Source: a virus. From it: 64,000 bases of DNA. Positions 28,137-39,345 of this stretch are shown here, one piece after another. Location: positions 3,432-67,431 of the IMG/VR virus record IMGVR_UViG_3300046642_000350, one strand, 5' to 3'. Within the stretch, counting starts at the first letter, position 1, and every line of letters starts with the position of its first letter. Under the pieces are notes generated by a model that searched no databases, was not told the DNA's origin, and was given only the letters and a program-made list of their open reading frames with translations. Made by a program: the position numbers and the translations under genes.

Positions 28137-29364
28137 GATAACCCCGTCCCGGATATGACCCACTCGGTGGATGTAACTTTGATCGCGGTAGCAATACCAA
28201 CGGCCGTAAGGGTGCGGCTACCTGTCGATGAAGTATTACCCGCCCAATACATAGTATCCGATGTTATCGCGATTGTAAGCGCGCCTGCACTTACTTCGTT
28301 TATGAACGTAATACAGGTACCGATAGTATATGCAACATTAGCGTTGCTATCTATTGTAAACGTACGAGCGGTTGAATCTGCTGTCGGGTGCAAGATGTGG
28401 CGACCGGCGTCGGCCAGAACCGTGGTATAGGCCGCACTCTTGGAGTTTTGCGGGATATTGGACGGACCGGTATTCCCTGTGTTTCCTGTTGGCCCTGTGT
28501 TCCCGGTAGGACCAGTCGCCCCTGCCGCGCCCCCAGACCCGGCGGCCCCGGTGGGGCCCGTGTTACCTGTGGGCCCTGTTACCGTACTCGCCGCGCCTGC
28601 AGTACCGGAGGGGCCCGTGTTACCGGTGGGGCCGGTGACACCTTGAGAACCCGCAGCACCTGCAGTACCGGTGGGACCTGTATTACCCGTCGCCCCTGTG
28701 TTAACCGCCGTTCCCGGCGTACCCGTATCGCCCGTGCTCCCCGTCGGGCCGGTGTTTCCCGTAGCGCCTGTAGCCGCGACGGCACCGGCGGGACCAGTGT
28801 TTCCGGTAGTTCCGGTAGGCCCTGTAACAGAGCTTGCTGCTCCCTGTGCCCCGGTGGGGCCCGTATTACCCGTTGCTCCTGTGGCCACTGCCGTTCCTGC
28901 GGGACCGGTTGCGCCGGTATTAACCGCAGTTCCAGGAGTACCCGTATAACCCGTCGGCCCGGTGTTCCCCGTAAACCCGATAATGCTACCCTGTGGACCC
29001 GTGGGACCGGTGCCGAATGGCCCCGTCGGCCCGATGATGGAGAGCATGAGAGCTTGGTTCTGCGAAGTAAGAACCGGACCACCATTCGTCGCCACAAACA
29101 CTTCGATATGGTCAAACCGCGCCTGCGTCAGCGTGGTGTCGGCCTCAACGATGATATTGAACTGGTCCTGGAACGTGCCGCCCGCGAGGATGAAACTAGC
29201 CGACTTCCTATCCGGCGCAAGTGTGATCGTGTCAATAGTCGCAGTGCCGGAGTCAATCGTGCAGTTCAGCCCGACAAGTAATTCGCCTGCGGCAAGCCAG
29301 TCTCGATAATCGATACTGACTTGCTGCCGGTCCCCTACAATCTGTCGTACGCGGCCGAGCAACA

Positions 29365-29365
<1 letters not shown>
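28133..29365 (-). CDS. collagen-like fibre protein (adaptor domain + Gly-X-Thr repeats + C-terminal beta domain)
   Basis: GPT/GNT/GAT triplets; C-terminal AYT..L.D.G...W.ISG.G domain. Confidence 0.85.
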
Positions 29366-30473
<1,108 letters not shown>

Positions 30474-30474
30474 G

Positions 30475-31014
30475 CTACGACCCCGCTGCGATATATGCGA
30501 CCGTGGGAGTACCGTTAGCCGAGGTAATCACCAATCCGGTCTTGGAGAGCGACGATACCCACGCACCGGTGGCCCCGGTCAGGCCCAGCGTCACGCGCGG
30601 GACGGCGTCAGTGTATGCTTGGGCGAACGTGCCCGTGGCCCCGCCGCCGGTGGCGCTGGCAGCGGAGCCCCAGTTGACAACCATGTTACCGAGTTCAACA
30701 AACCCGGACGTACCCGTGGCACCTGTGAAACTTGCAGGACCCGTGGGCCCGGCAGGGCCCACAGTACCGGTTGATCCTGTCTGCGTGCCTCCGGGAGGCC
30801 CGGTAAACCCGGTGGGGCCGGTCAAGCCCTGCTTACCCGTACACCCGGTGTTGCCCGTGTTACCTGTCGGCCCTGTCCCTACCGCACCGGTTATACCGGT
30901 GGGGCCTGTAGTACCGGTCGGTCCGGTCGGCGCACCGAGGGGGCCGGTGGGACCCACAACCACCACGATAGGGCGGGCGTAGACGGGAGAGGGGCCTTCA
31001 ACGAAGCTCGTCAT
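30475..31014 (-). CDS. short collagen-like protein with C-terminal fibre-tip domain
   Basis: GPT repeats then G...NWG...TF..AY...YIAAG. Confidence 0.8.
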   Translation of the reverse strand: MTSFVEGPSPVYARPIVVVVGPTGPLGAPTGPTGTTGPTGITGAVGTGPTGNTGNTGCTGKQGLTGPTGFTGPPGGTQTGSTGTVGPAGPTGPASFTGATGTSGFVELGNMVVNWGSAASATGGGATGTFAQAYTDAVPRVTLGLTGATGAWVSSLSKTGLVITSANGTPTVAYIAAGS

Positions 31015-31015
31015 T

Positions 31016-31420
31016 TTATCCTCCCGTTACGCCCTGCGTAACGACAAACTCTCCATGCATGAGCGGAACACGGATAGCGGGAACACTATCGTCAAACATT
31101 ATGAGGTCGTACACGAAATTCCCCGGCACGAGGGGCGGGACGATAGATGTTTCAGGTACGACGAAGTGGATGATGCGCTGCACGGCGTCATCAATTACGA
31201 TCTGGCCCGCGTCAGATGTGAATGAGCACAACGTCGGAGATATCAGGTCGTATGCGTACTTCACATCGAGCCGGAAATGATTAAACAGAGTCCACGTCGG
31301 CGGCGTTACACCGGGCTGCGGCGGGTCGAACTGGTACGCCTCGTTGAACGTCGCATTCGACGCAGTAATGATTTGAATGTGGGCACTTGAGGGTGGAGGA
31401 CTACAGCTGCACGTGCCCAT
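31016..31420 (-). CDS. virion structural protein (fibre-anchoring Ig-like candidate)
   Basis: G.FVYDL...LM.G.F.V..GVT C-terminal motif. Confidence 0.7.
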   Translation of the reverse strand: MGTCSCSPPPSSAHIQIITASNATFNEAYQFDPPQPGVTPPTWTLFNHFRLDVKYAYDLISPTLCSFTSDAGQIVIDDAVQRIIHFVVPETSIVPPLVPGNFVYDLIMFDDSVPAIRVPLMHGEFVVTQGVTGG

Positions 31421-32073
31421 CAGAAGGCCCTCGTCGGCCACGCGGTAGAGACACCCCCGCGCTGCGTGGATGTCGTCCACCCGCGCGGGAATGCCCACTC
31501 TTGTGCGCCTTTGGTGTTTTGGCGGATGGCGGCGGTCCGCGCGATTTGTATGCCGGTCCGAAAACGCTTAAGATGGTAAGCCGCCATTTTGTCATTCGAG
31601 TATGACTTGGCCTGTTGCCCCATCATTTTGCCAAGCAAACCGTCAAGAATGTGTACACTGTAGACCGTCAAAATCCAGTCGGGTGCTACGGGTACATCGT
31701 CACGAGTAGTCGGCAGCGTAATGTTCTTGGTAACACGCGCGGTCCACACCGGTTGGTTAGGCGTAGTGGACGCCTGGTTCACCAGTTGTATCGTGCCGAA
31801 GTGCGGCATGAAGGCAGGAATGGGTATCATCTTGTCATCCCACACGCCGACAAGATTTATGATCTGGCCGCCGAACTGCGGCACGAGCGAATACATAGTA
31901 ACACTCGGCTGCGCCGTGAACGTAATGTCTTCCGTCCACGCGTTACTATCCGCGAGGAACTCCTTCATTACGTCGTACAGTTCGAGCTTGATGCCGCTGT
32001 CGGACGAGCCCGGTAGTTTAATCCGCGCTTGGTTCATCAGCATGTCGAACGTATGGCGCTCTAAGTTAGCCAT
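31420..32073 (-). CDS. head-tail adaptor / tail tubular-type protein
   Basis: Position after the capsid gene; EF...S.AW, I.DG.L..MM.Q..K.YS. Confidence 0.7.
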   Translation of the reverse strand: MANLERHTFDMLMNQARIKLPGSSDSGIKLELYDVMKEFLADSNAWTEDITFTAQPSVTMYSLVPQFGGQIINLVGVWDDKMIPIPAFMPHFGTIQLVNQASTTPNQPVWTARVTKNITLPTTRDDVPVAPDWILTVYSVHILDGLLGKMMGQQAKSYSNDKMAAYHLKRFRTGIQIARTAAIRQNTKGAQEWAFPRGWTTSTQRGGVSTAWPTRAF

Positions 32074-32477
32074 TACTTCTTCACCTGCTCAGGCGATGGC
32101 GTCCCGCCCTGGATCGGAGCGGGCCGTATTCCCACCAGGATATCGTGAAAGCGTTCAAGGAAGGTATTCGCGCGGCTGTCCTGCACGTCTTCCTCGTCCC
32201 GCAGGAGCGCGTGTGCGGCAATGCCGTACACAACCCCAAGGCGAAACTGGGGCTCGATGGGGACGATCTCCCCGCTCACCGCCATGAACTGGGGGACCTT
32301 TGCGTGGTACTTGCACACGAGCAGGTCCGGCCGCAGCCGGCGGATTTCCAGCATGGCGACGTTGAGGGCCGTGACCAGGCTATCGTCGTCATAACGGAAC
32401 GGCGGCGTCTTATCGAGAATGATCGTGCGTACGTCAGTAATGTAGTCCTGTACGCTGCAAAACTCGTCGCCTGCCAT
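32073..32477 (-). CDS. head-tail adaptor-type protein
   Basis: VR..I.D....RY.D..L...LN.A..E..R.RPD motif. Confidence 0.75.
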   Translation of the reverse strand: MAGDEFCSVQDYITDVRTIILDKTPPFRYDDDSLVTALNVAMLEIRRLRPDLLVCKYHAKVPQFMAVSGEIVPIEPQFRLGVVYGIAAHALLRDEEDVQDSRANTFLERFHDILVGIRPAPIQGGTPSPEQVKK

Positions 32478-32522
32478 TGGGTTTCACCGGTTCCAGATGG
32501 AGCCCAATATGCGGTGGGGGAG

Positions 32523-32537
32523 TTAATAGAGTGGTAA
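32523..32537. promoter_or_regulatory. CtrA-box-like site
   Basis: TTAA-tagagtg-GTAA between the capsid terminator and the tail operon. Confidence 0.5.
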
Positions 32538-32541
32538 CGAA

Positions 32542-32565
32542 AACGGGGGGCCGAGGCCCCCCGTT
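32542..32565 (-). terminator. rho-independent terminator after the major capsid gene
   Basis: AACGGGGGGCC/GGCCCCCCGTT inverted repeat ending in TTTT on the - strand. Confidence 0.8.
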
Positions 32566-32583
32566 ACCGTCGATAATAGCCAA

Positions 32584-33594
32584 TTACGAGCCCGGAGTCA
32601 CCTGAGCCTGTACCAGAGCCTTGCCATCCACAACTTGATATCCGTAAACTTGAAGTCCCCGAAGGATCTGCCCAAAGGTCAGTTCCGAACGCAGGGTCTC
32701 CACCTTGCTGATCTGACTGGCAAAGGTCAGACCATGCGCGTGACCAGCGAAGATCGGCCACTCGCCAGAGGCGAAGTTGGTGCTGTCGGTGCTGTTGTTC
32801 GGCAGAAGGTTGCTGATGTAGATCGTGAAACGATCAACCATCCCCAGCCTGCCATTCCGCAGCATCGACACGCTGTCACCCGACAAGTATGCCTGGCGAA
32901 GCTCGCTCTGCTTAATCTGGCGACCAGCCCACGCCGGCATGACGACCCAGCGGCCGACTTCCGGGATGTTCTGTTCGTCCAACACCTGTCCCATACGCAG
33001 GAGCACGTCGAGAAGCTCGACCTGTCCAGCGCCCGGGTTACGGCCCACGACGGTAAGGGGGGTACCCTTGACGCCAAGGTTGAGCGACCCAGTGATGACA
33101 CCTGCGGCGGTGCCCTGGTTGGCGGCGGCCATCTGGCCCACGATGCCATCCAGAACGTCCTGGTCCACGGTGATCTTCAGTTGCTGCGCCGCGTCGTCTG
33201 ACCACATCGAGAGGATGTTCAGATCGGACTGGATTTCCATCACGTCATCGAGAATCAGCGAGAAGTACTTGCCATTCCCGATGTAGAGTTCCACGGTGCC
33301 GGCGGTCGGCCGGTCGAGGCCAAGCAATCCGTCAGACGAATAGTTGTGGATGGTGATGGTGGGCTTCGTGCGAATCTTGACACGGTCGCCCTTGTTCTTG
33401 ATCTCGCCCTCGTAATCGGTGTTCGAGATGGCGGCAAGAACGGTAGACGCGTAGAATTTCTCGACGAGCTTACCGCTCCAGATTTCCGGGATAAACCCAG
33501 TCGCCTGAAGGTTATTGCCCGAACTACCGACAGGGTAGAGGGCGGGGCTGGAACCCGACGTTGCGCCGGGAAAACCAGAGCTAGGAATAGACAT
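32584..33594 (-). CDS. major capsid protein
   Basis: FIPEIWSGKL..KFY..TV...ISNTDYEGEI...GD.V.IR, NG..G.VDRF.IY.SN, RGL.VYG..V. Confidence 0.92.
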   Translation of the reverse strand: MSIPSSGFPGATSGSSPALYPVGSSGNNLQATGFIPEIWSGKLVEKFYASTVLAAISNTDYEGEIKNKGDRVKIRTKPTITIHNYSSDGLLGLDRPTAGTVELYIGNGKYFSLILDDVMEIQSDLNILSMWSDDAAQQLKITVDQDVLDGIVGQMAAANQGTAAGVITGSLNLGVKGTPLTVVGRNPGAGQVELLDVLLRMGQVLDEQNIPEVGRWVVMPAWAGRQIKQSELRQAYLSGDSVSMLRNGRLGMVDRFTIYISNLLPNNSTDSTNFASGEWPIFAGHAHGLTFASQISKVETLRSELTFGQILRGLQVYGYQVVDGKALVQAQVTPGS

Positions 33595-33650
33595 AGAAGC
33601 CGTTCCTCAAGTAGGAGCGACTTCTTCCTTGTGTGAACGTCGCCCCGGGT

Positions 33651-34673
33651 TTACCTGACTCGCCCTTCCCGTTGCGCGGCGAAAATCATGTTTTCGTCCG
33701 CCTTACGTTCCGCATCTCTGCCCACGTAGGCCGCTCGGCCTGCCTGTGAGTAGAATTGGCGGATTTGAGCGAGAGTGATGATTGGCTTGTCAGCAGCAGA
33801 CCCGGATGAACCGCCGGACGCTGGGTGAGCCCTGCCAGGAGCAGCAATCGCTTCTAGCGTTGTCGCGGCTTGACGAGGCGCTTGTGGGAGCGGCTCTGCC
33901 TGCGGCGCTGGCGCGTTGCCCGTGGCGACTTCCTCATTTTGGAAGCCCTTGAAGAACGCTATTGCTCTAGGGGCGTTAGCCGCTTGAACTGCTGCGTTCA
34001 GCAATCGACCTCTTAACTGACCGGAGTAAATATCTGGTGAATTGCACCACTGCTTAAATCGTGGATTGAGGTTAATCTGTCGCCACTCTGGGCACTGGGC
34101 GTCGAGTTGCTGATACAGCGTGGCCTGCTGCGTCTGTGCAACCCGTTGACTTGTTTGCTGATTCTGCTGTGCCACCCGCTGGAGATCAGGCTGCACGGCT
34201 TCGAGAGCGGCACGGCGCACGGTATCCAGAAGTTCTGGCCCGTAAGTCTTGACATCCTCGTCGGTGACGTACTTGGCTTGGGGCTGGTGCTGTTCCTGCG
34301 CCGGGCGCGTCTGCATGGCCTGCGTCATGCGAGACAGCTCGTCCCCCATCTCGGACAGCTGCTGCTGCATCTGGCCCATACTCACCTGCGACTGGCGGTA
34401 GCGGCCCTCCATCGCATAGTACTTGCCTTCCCAACTGGTAGAGTCCACACCCTGCCGATCTTCCGGCTTGGACAACTCGACAGGAGGTGGCGCGGGTGCG
34501 AGATCAGGCTGCGGCGGGGGTTCTACTTGAGCAGGATCAGGCTGCGGCGGGGATTCGGGAGGCGTTTCCCCCCCATACGCTGCCTGGTGGGCAGCGACTG
34601 CCGCAGCGGCGGCGCGTTGTACGGAAGCGGGGACGGCGACATTAGTGTCAACCGGCAGCAAAGCTTCGGCCAT
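33651..34673 (-). CDS. capsid scaffolding protein
   Basis: Pro/Gln-rich coiled coil directly upstream of the capsid gene; C-terminal I.AA..EGRV. Confidence 0.8.
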   Translation of the reverse strand: MAEALLPVDTNVAVPASVQRAAAAAVAAHQAAYGGETPPESPPQPDPAQVEPPPQPDLAPAPPPVELSKPEDRQGVDSTSWEGKYYAMEGRYRQSQVSMGQMQQQLSEMGDELSRMTQAMQTRPAQEQHQPQAKYVTDEDVKTYGPELLDTVRRAALEAVQPDLQRVAQQNQQTSQRVAQTQQATLYQQLDAQCPEWRQINLNPRFKQWCNSPDIYSGQLRGRLLNAAVQAANAPRAIAFFKGFQNEEVATGNAPAPQAEPLPQAPRQAATTLEAIAAPGRAHPASGGSSGSAADKPIITLAQIRQFYSQAGRAAYVGRDAERKADENMIFAAQREGRVR

Positions 34674-34704
34674 AATCGTCTCCTACGTCGCGTTCAGCGT
34701 GGAA

Positions 34705-34944
34705 TCACGGTGAAGGCGCGTTACCGTCACGGACCAATTCCGTGAACAACAGCAGGAATTTACGGGCCTGCTGGGCCCGTCCTTGCGCAACCAGAATACA
34801 ATCGGGGGGTGCATCGGTAACCGCGATAGTCAGATCGGTTACGTACGCCTCTAGGTGGCGCAGGAACTTATCGGCCACCCGGGGGTCGGCGTTCTTGAGC
34901 AGGGCCATGCATTCGCTAAGGCCCCTCTTGGAATCAACCGCCAC
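34705..34944 (-). CDS. small head-region protein
   Basis: AQGRAQ motif typical of the small gene between portal and scaffold. Confidence 0.7.
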   Translation of the reverse strand: MAVDSKRGLSECMALLKNADPRVADKFLRHLEAYVTDLTIAVTDAPPDCILVAQGRAQQARKFLLLFTELVRDGNAPSP

Positions 34945-35174
34945 TACATCCCATCCCCAGACCAGTCCCCTGAGCCAACGCCGGGAACCGCTGAAGAGGG
35001 CGACGGTTGTGCCATGGGGGTAGCCTTCGAATAGTCATTAAGCCCGGCGTTGGGCGCGTTCGCCAATTGACCAACCTGCCTGCGGTTCGGCATGCTGGCC
35101 TGGGACGAGCCCTTGCCCTTGTGGGACACGAGCGATCCACCTTTAGTGAGGGGGGTCATGTGCTTCTTAAACAT
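34944..35174 (-). CDS. small basic hypothetical protein
   Basis: Coupled at both ends. Confidence 0.65.
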   Translation of the reverse strand: MFKKHMTPLTKGGSLVSHKGKGSSQASMPNRRQVGQLANAPNAGLNDYSKATPMAQPSPSSAVPGVGSGDWSGDGM

Positions 35175-35395
35175 CAGGACATTCCACTCATGCCGGTGTC
35201 ACCAACCGGAAGCGGCTTGCCGTAGGCGCGCGTGCCCGCAGCCTGCGGTTTAATGTTCGGGGGGCGGGAAAGCGGGGGTGCGCGCAGGACACCGGGGCGT
35301 GAACCAAGCACAAAATCGTTGTGCATCCCGGACCCTGGGGACGGCACAGAAAGAGGGGTCTTGCCGCCCTTAATGCCTACACTACGCCCCGCCAT
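35174..35395 (-). CDS. small basic hypothetical protein
   Basis: Coupled at both ends. Confidence 0.65.
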   Translation of the reverse strand: MAGRSVGIKGGKTPLSVPSPGSGMHNDFVLGSRPGVLRAPPLSRPPNIKPQAAGTRAYGKPLPVGDTGMSGMS

Positions 35396-35727
35396 TAGCG
35401 TGCGCTCGTGATACCGTCGCGAGCGGGCATAGAGCCGGCGAAGCCGAACATCTTGCCCGATCCGCCCTTGGCGAACTCGGCGCCCGGTCCCGAGCTATCC
35501 GGCTTGCCAGTGGACGGCGACTTGTCGGCACCGGTGCGCTCACCGGCAACCTGCTCGCCGAACATCGGGGTGGAACCACCCTTGGCGAAGGTAACGTCGT
35601 GGGACGTTTCGTTGTGCGTCACCTTGGCGGACGTGTTCATGTCGCCAACGCTGCCGCTGTCCTTGCGGCCAGACTTCGAACCGGAACCCGACTTGACGTT
35701 ATCGCCAGCCTTGAACTTATTAGCCAT
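35395..35727 (-). CDS. small Gly/Lys/Ser-rich protein with two FAKGGS..MFG repeats
   Basis: GGGAG RBS; internal repeat. Confidence 0.75.
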   Translation of the reverse strand: MANKFKAGDNVKSGSGSKSGRKDSGSVGDMNTSAKVTHNETSHDVTFAKGGSTPMFGEQVAGERTGADKSPSTGKPDSSGPGAEFAKGGSGKMFGFAGSMPARDGITSAR

Positions 35728-35784
35728 AGAAAATCTCCCGAAAAGGCGATAAGAGCCTCTTCGGGAGATATAACGCCGGGGTAG

Positions 35785-35799
35785 TAAACAATGGCTTAA
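35785..35799. promoter_or_regulatory. CtrA-box-like site upstream of the head operon
   Basis: - strand TTAA-gccattg-TTTAC, followed 11 nt later by TATATCT. Confidence 0.5.
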
Positions 35800-35810
35800 G
35801 GGGCGGGAGG

Positions 35811-36041
35811 CTATCTTCTCCCAACAGCGGCACCAGCCGCAATGATAGAGTTCATCGACGCAACCCCCGCAGCATTAGCGGCGTCGTCAGAGCTTTCCTT
35901 CATGGCGTAGAGAACCCGGCACTGCTTCACGGTAAACTCCCCGTCCACGCAGAACGCTATCCACTTGGCGGCCTTCTCTTCAGAAGACTCACACCCGGCA
36001 AGGCACAGACCCAACAGAAGGACTAATAAGAATCTAGACAT
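35811..36041 (-). CDS. small lipoprotein
   Basis: MSRFLLVLLLGLCLAG-C lipobox; GAGGA RBS. Confidence 0.75.
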   Translation of the reverse strand: MSRFLLVLLLGLCLAGCESSEEKAAKWIAFCVDGEFTVKQCRVLYAMKESSDDAANAAGVASMNSIIAAGAAVGRR

Positions 36042-37281
36042 CGTTCGTGTCCTCTGAAATAACCTGGATAAACTCGCCTCTGAACCCAAGCCCCCGGTAT
36101 CTAGCTTCAATTTCAGCGGGGATATGCCACGCCAGATTAAGCGCCGGACCGGTACTATCCCACGGAAACTCTTCGTCAGAGAGAATTGGTATCCGGGTTC
36201 CAGGCACATAGTGCCCGATCTTTGCGGACCCCGGTATTTGGTACACCGCGCTGATCTGGTTACGGTCGAGCCCCAGCATGCTGATGAGGAGGGGGGCACG
36301 GGCAGGGAGCGCGATAGCGGGCATGGGGGCAAACACAGACCCGTGGTACTGCGTTAGCTCATTTATCTGCTGTCGCTTACTGCTCTTCCAGTGCTTGATG
36401 AACGCGTTTAGTTGCGCCAACTCGAAACCAAAGTTACGTTCCGCACGTCGGATATACTCCAGTCCATCGTTTGTAGAAGGGGTGGACTGTGCCCCGAGAA
36501 TAACCCGTATGTTGCCACCGTAACGACGAGGAAACGAGGCGTGATCGACAACCATGTCCAAGCCGGCAGCGATATAGCGGAAGGAACTATAGCTGTAAGT
36601 GCGGATGTGCTCATGGAAGAAAGTATCGAACTGATGTGTCGCAAGGACCGCTCCTAGGTAGTGGTTCTCAATGACAATCCGGGTATTAGGGCCGATCAGG
36701 ATACGAAGAGCACGCAGGAGAGACGGCAGGTGCTCGATGTGCGCGAACACATTCGTGAACGTAATGATGTCGAACACGCCGTAGTCCATAAACAAATCAA
36801 CAGCGGCGGGCACGTCAAAGAACGCCTGCCTGACAGCATGGCTTTTCTTGCGCGCCTCTTTAGCGGCATCGGTAGGGTCAATACCATGGCAGTGGGCGCC
36901 CCGGCGCCAAAATACATCTAACAGGCTACCATCATTACAGCCAACATCAAGCACCTTTTTACCGTGTACAGGACCATAGCGGGCCTCGTACTCGTCAACA
37001 AGCTGCTCCATGCCATCCAGTACGTCCTTCGTCTGGTTGGATCGGTAGGTGTATTCCAGTTTGAACAGCTTAGTCTTGGGGAGCTGGTACCGCTGGTGCG
37101 CCGTCTTGCACGTTTCGCAAAACAATACCCCGATAGGGTATCGCTCGCACACCCGTTTATCCCCAATCGGCACGAGATCGTCTTGGAGCGGATGCGACCC
37201 GAAATCGAGGATGTGCGGCAGGCGGGGGTCGTTTGTTATGTTGGGGTTGCCGCAGACCTCGCAAGAGGTAATTTCTCGCAT
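36034..37281 (-). CDS. NDP-sugar C-methyltransferase-like protein
   Basis: N-terminal CxxC...CxxC Zn site, VLDVGCNDGSLL, TNVFAH, QFDT..HEH, GGN.R, K.G.YVPGTRIPI. Confidence 0.9.
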   Translation of the reverse strand: MREITSCEVCGNPNITNDPRLPHILDFGSHPLQDDLVPIGDKRVCERYPIGVLFCETCKTAHQRYQLPKTKLFKLEYTYRSNQTKDVLDGMEQLVDEYEARYGPVHGKKVLDVGCNDGSLLDVFWRRGAHCHGIDPTDAAKEARKKSHAVRQAFFDVPAAVDLFMDYGVFDIITFTNVFAHIEHLPSLLRALRILIGPNTRIVIENHYLGAVLATHQFDTFFHEHIRTYSYSSFRYIAAGLDMVVDHASFPRRYGGNIRVILGAQSTPSTNDGLEYIRRAERNFGFELAQLNAFIKHWKSSKRQQINELTQYHGSVFAPMPAIALPARAPLLISMLGLDRNQISAVYQIPGSAKIGHYVPGTRIPILSDEEFPWDSTGPALNLAWHIPAEIEARYRGLGFRGEFIQVISEDTNDV

Positions 37282-37410
37282 ATCACTTCTCCACACATGT
37301 AACGAAGCACTGTTGCCGCGCTGCGGCGGCGTCCCAGAACCTTGGAACGCCCAATCTGCGAATAGCTTGCAGCATATCGCCGGGGGCGTGGGGCCGGGGG
37401 GTGAACCGCA

Positions 37411-38121
37411 TTATTTTGCACCCCAGCAAATCATGAGCGGCAAGGTAACGGTTCTGACCCCGCCCATTGTACTTTCCTCGCGGTGCATCCACACTGTAAA
37501 AAACCTCTCAGTTAAGAAATCAAGGGCGCGGGGAGGATAGGCCGGGTCACACGCATCGCGGGATTTGATAAAGTTTTCAAGCTCAGAAAAAATAGCCCAC
37601 CACTCTTTCATGAACCGATTAAAAACTGCTCGTGTGGTTATAAACCAATGGCTCGTTACAAAGGACCTATCCCATTCCCAGCGCTCGAACTGGTTTGCGA
37701 GCCATACAAATGTATCCCAGTCATTACGGGAACGAGACACACAGAAATCCTTCGCCATACCCCCCTGTTCGATTAGGGGGAACGAAGGTGTAACTATCAT
37801 ACTGAACCGGGATAGTAAATTCCTAATGGTTTGCTCGCCTTGCCACGCCAGATACTCCTGGTACTTCTGAAACCTCTCTAGACCGACCTCTTTCCATATA
37901 GAAGGATAGGGGTCTTCTATATCAATGTGTTTACGGTACCCTTGAAACCCAACGATATCAGTCGGATTGCCTTTCTCTTTCCACACAGCATAATACGCAC
38001 GCATTGACCCAAAACGCAAGGAAAGCTCGTTGTGGTCACCCACCACAACCTGCTTAATAATACCCCCGAGTGGCCTCTCAGGTGGCAGGTGGTGGACGTT
38101 GTATATCGCAATCTCTGTCAT
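37411..38121 (-). CDS. DUF4422-like putative glycosyltransferase
   Basis: Y.VWK, IVGF..YR, FIT....F..F..., R...FL.ERFF.VW. Confidence 0.7.
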   Translation of the reverse strand: MTEIAIYNVHHLPPERPLGGIIKQVVVGDHNELSLRFGSMRAYYAVWKEKGNPTDIVGFQGYRKHIDIEDPYPSIWKEVGLERFQKYQEYLAWQGEQTIRNLLSRFSMIVTPSFPLIEQGGMAKDFCVSRSRNDWDTFVWLANQFERWEWDRSFVTSHWFITTRAVFNRFMKEWWAIFSELENFIKSRDACDPAYPPRALDFLTERFFTVWMHREESTMGGVRTVTLPLMICWGAK

Positions 38122-38654
38122 ACCTGCACCAACCACGACCCATCGCTAAACCGATGGACGAGCGAACTAAGCCGATGGACGCGAAAACTAAAAGCCTCGT
38201 CCACCGCCTTCTGCACCCCAGGATCAGCACCGCCGTAATCATGCCCCCCGATCCACCCCCTGGGCTTAACAATATCCAGGCAGGCGCCGATGTCCGACTT
38301 AACCGCCTCGTAAGAATGGTCCCCGTCTATATAACAAAGGTCCATAGACCCCCCACGGATGGGGCCAAGCGCGGCGGGACTGTACCCCTCGATAATCTGA
38401 AGGTTAGGGTAGTGCCCGCAGCGGCCTAGAAATTCACACCGCACAACAGGGTCGGGCCACGGATCGACCGCAACAACCTTGGCACAGTGCAGCAACCAAA
38501 ACTCCGTGGATACCCCCCGGTAACACCCGATCTCCAGCACAGACGCCGGACGTGCTATATTGAACACCTCCTGCAGGTCAGGCAGGCGCTTGGCACCCCA
38601 TGGCTCCTCGTAAAGTTCCGCCATACGGTGGGCCCTATAGTGCGGGTACAGCAT
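38118..38654 (-). CDS. class I SAM methyltransferase (Methyltransf_24-like)
   Basis: VLEIGCYRGVST, AVDPW, YIDGDHSYEAV..D, GGHDY. Confidence 0.92.
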   Translation of the reverse strand: MLYPHYRAHRMAELYEEPWGAKRLPDLQEVFNIARPASVLEIGCYRGVSTEFWLLHCAKVVAVDPWPDPVVRCEFLGRCGHYPNLQIIEGYSPAALGPIRGGSMDLCYIDGDHSYEAVKSDIGACLDIVKPRGWIGGHDYGGADPGVQKAVDEAFSFRVHRLSSLVHRFSDGSWLVQV

Positions 38655-38655
38655 G

Positions 38656-39345
38656 TTACACCTTTCTGTTCTGGGGGGCATCTACGGTGTAATTGTCGAA
38701 CATTGAAGCATTGTGGTCCGCCTTGTACCACCTAATGGGGGGTAGAATATGTTCGGCCTCCGCAAGGGTGTTCACCTCCCACGTCACGTTGTGCGTCTTC
38801 GCTATATGGGCTTGAACCGTGCGCTTGACCCCCTTATAGAGCTTGTAAACCTTACTACGAGGCACAACCATCAGGCTGCCGCAGAACCGCCAGCACGGGA
38901 AATAATCGTTTATCAGAAGGCCCTGGTGCTCCCAACACCCCGGAATAGCGAAATCATCCGGCTCGATTGCCTCCAGGAACCGCTGCACGACCTCCGGGGT
39001 AACACCAGGCAGGCGGGCGATGCCGTAGTCGATCCAGATGTACGTATCCGCCGGATACTTAATGGCGGCCTTCATCAGCCACGCGAACTTCTGGTGCTGA
39101 ACGCAGAGGTACGCCAGCGAGTTCTTAGCGGGGTTATCCCCCGCCGAATGGGTAACTTTGCCCGCGTGAAGCAGGTACTTATGCAGCCACGTCTCCGCTA
39201 CAGTTTCGTAGAACGGCATAACAACACAATCCGCCGCAACACAGTCGATCTTGCCATACAGTTCCCCAAGCTCGCCATATTCCTTTGGCGAGCGCGTATG
39301 GTTTTGTATCGGCACGTAGCCGGTAACGACTACTTTTTTCGGCAT
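38656..39345 (-). CDS. HtrL/WlaTC-like glycosyltransferase
   Basis: VTGY, KF.W...A, YIWIDYGI, WRFCGS. Confidence 0.75.
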   Translation of the reverse strand: MPKKVVVTGYVPIQNHTRSPKEYGELGELYGKIDCVAADCVVMPFYETVAETWLHKYLLHAGKVTHSAGDNPAKNSLAYLCVQHQKFAWLMKAAIKYPADTYIWIDYGIARLPGVTPEVVQRFLEAIEPDDFAIPGCWEHQGLLINDYFPCWRFCGSLMVVPRSKVYKLYKGVKRTVQAHIAKTHNVTWEVNTLAEAEHILPPIRWYKADHNASMFDNYTVDAPQNRKV